A DNA stretch of 64,000 bases from a virus (taxonomy: Duplodnaviria > Caudoviricetes), in IMG/VR virus record IMGVR_UViG_3300033067_000113, positions 9,199 through 73,198 of that record; one strand, given 5' to 3'. The translations under genes and the position numbers were made by a program. Each line of letters begins with the position of its first letter. Within the stretch, counting starts at the first letter, position 1. Positions 63,601 through 64,000 of the stretch are shown one piece after another. The notes beneath the pieces are model-generated. The model did not search any database. It saw only the letters and a program-made list of their open reading frames with translations, and was not told the origin of the DNA.

Positions 63601-64000
63601 ACTTACGATTTAACATACGGCGGTAACTTAGCAACAGTTATTGCAGCTCGATCATACTACAGTAACGGAACATTCGTTGAACCATCAGGCGAGAAAGCAG
63701 CCGCATTAGCAGTTCAACTTTATATTAAGTCTATCATTGACAACATCGCTACAGGTGATAATGCAGGATGGACTAAACTAAGTGCTAGCGTACAAGATGT
63801 ATCAGGAACTCCTGGTTCAGCAGGTGCCGCAACATTTGCACAAGCTCGTATTCAAGAAGTACACGATACTATTGATACAGGTACTGCTCCTACAACCATT
63901 GCTCCAAGTACAGCATGGGTTGCAAGTGCATTAACTACAGCTAACACTAACATCCAAGCACAAAAAGCACACATCCAAACTTCTGTGATTCGTTGGATCA
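60625..64000 (+). CDS. Large fibre/adhesin paralogue of 52925, partial (runs off the right edge; not in ORF track)
   Basis: Starts MAEFKLGRIRFVWQGEW...YVVDDIVSISGKSYICVRSH, with a later VKTGTYYEVLPIIIPPFTAVVGDELRST motif. The frame is still open at the end (QKAHIQTSVIRWI). Confidence 0.85.
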   Translation, partial: MAEFKLGRIRFVWQGEWTFSTTYVVDDIVSISGKSYICVRSHTAGVTDGTFAGDLNIPGAPKWELVSDGTEWQGDWTPSTYYNAGSQVKYGGLVYVCTTAHTSSTYVSPTWYGLEGLGKTTPGIQDDIDNWEVFAETFNWTGNWAPVTRYRLNDFVAYGGVTYVCNTAHISGADAAAGLEADISKWDIFNKGITYLGDWNPAGGIRYRLNDVVKYGASTWICVTPHTSTTSFDDVKFEIFVEGLEFESTWDTGTIYQIGDTVTYGGYSYIAKRNNIGSNPSTGANATLDWTVYTTGFNFRGDYVGGTAYLVGDVVRLGSYTYLAIDDSTNQVPPNLAFWNRLNSGVNWTNPQETFTGVAGTTLTGIGELATFDVTRSGTAYSVTVNATGQYYEVNDTIKILGSALGGLSPVNDLTITVTAANAGAIETVSSAGIAVTWTDGNVYVLGDVAFYGANSYICVAGHTAETANRPDNDVASEFWNLLAAGSESAVLTVQGDTYFYGANGPTRLPIGTDGQILRVRGGYPTWTYYGVVNNIVYVAPTGTDSEETGWGLTIDKPWKTVRYACDQVRHGYLNRNATAILKKNKQFIMKEISNWVIDTYSVAITASSNGTNEFTADDTSTLTAGMPIEFDGVGGGVVAGTKYFVKTVVSDTKFTISETQGGTVKPLSTTSIAMTGQLAYDQALCERDTGLLVDALIHDIGRGGTDMTTKAALAYYTTAGFSYINSNFGQQTVQTIAAYTYLKELVGNVLAQTAPAVNYQTANGVVNGAVQIIDPSLLAEAGIATVTDSLLTIVTDGIAAGTATAIPASVKANTTVNVKTGTYYEVLPIIIPPFTAVVGDELRSTVISPKAAIPNLVNDKEKTTSALNRIKAIVPNIVSNTTVVPTTGNTTAQVVSVGTYTGAVALTANINIMTNVLANGATSAPAFTYPDPTGYDSGYSNARRLIVANKQFLKDEVAAYMVANFGSVWTGLGVDGQAACQRDVGYIVDALTYDLTYGGNLATVIAARSYYSNGTFVEPSGEKAAALAVQLYIKSIIDNIATGDNAGWTKLSASVQDVSGTPGSAGAATFAQARIQEVHDTIDTGTAPTTIAPSTAWVASALTTANTNIQAQKAHIQTSVIRWI

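Noticed and set aside
1-64000. Alternative genetic code (stop-codon recoding as in some jumbo phages)
   Set aside because: The standard code already gives near-complete coding density, including a 4598-aa ORF. The two discontinuities (38230, 55650) are frame changes, not in-frame stops.

Overview
The window is a gene-dense fragment of a large T4-related (jumbo-type) myophage genome, covering the virion morphogenesis region. No rRNA, tRNA, CRISPR array or transposase was seen. Positions 1-31850 (minus strand) are a baseplate/tail-fibre operon: tail-collar fibre, gp9/10-like, a 4598-aa giant wedge protein, and gp6-, gp25-, gp5-, hub-, gp53- and tube-initiator-like genes. Positions 31931-36413 (plus) carry the late sigma factor gp55, the gp47/gp46 recombination nuclease, two small ORFs and a stand-alone GIY-YIG nuclease. 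The nuclease is followed by a ~510-nt non-coding gap that folds by eye into a compact, pseudoknotted RNA of ~360 nt. Next come a gp26-like chaperone with an apparent lambda G/GT-type -1 frameshift extension missed by the ORF track, a tape-measure-like gene, the head module (portal gp20, core proteins, protease gp21, scaffold gp22, capsid gp23), and a long run of decoration/fibre genes, one of them split by a frameshift. Late promoters with a TAAATA core precede most transcription units, and two late leaders are highly structured. Gene order and protein sizes recall RaK2/GAP32/XacN1-like jumbo phages (from memory, not searched). All product calls rest on motif recognition, and all RNA structures were paired by hand; no database search or folding program was run.
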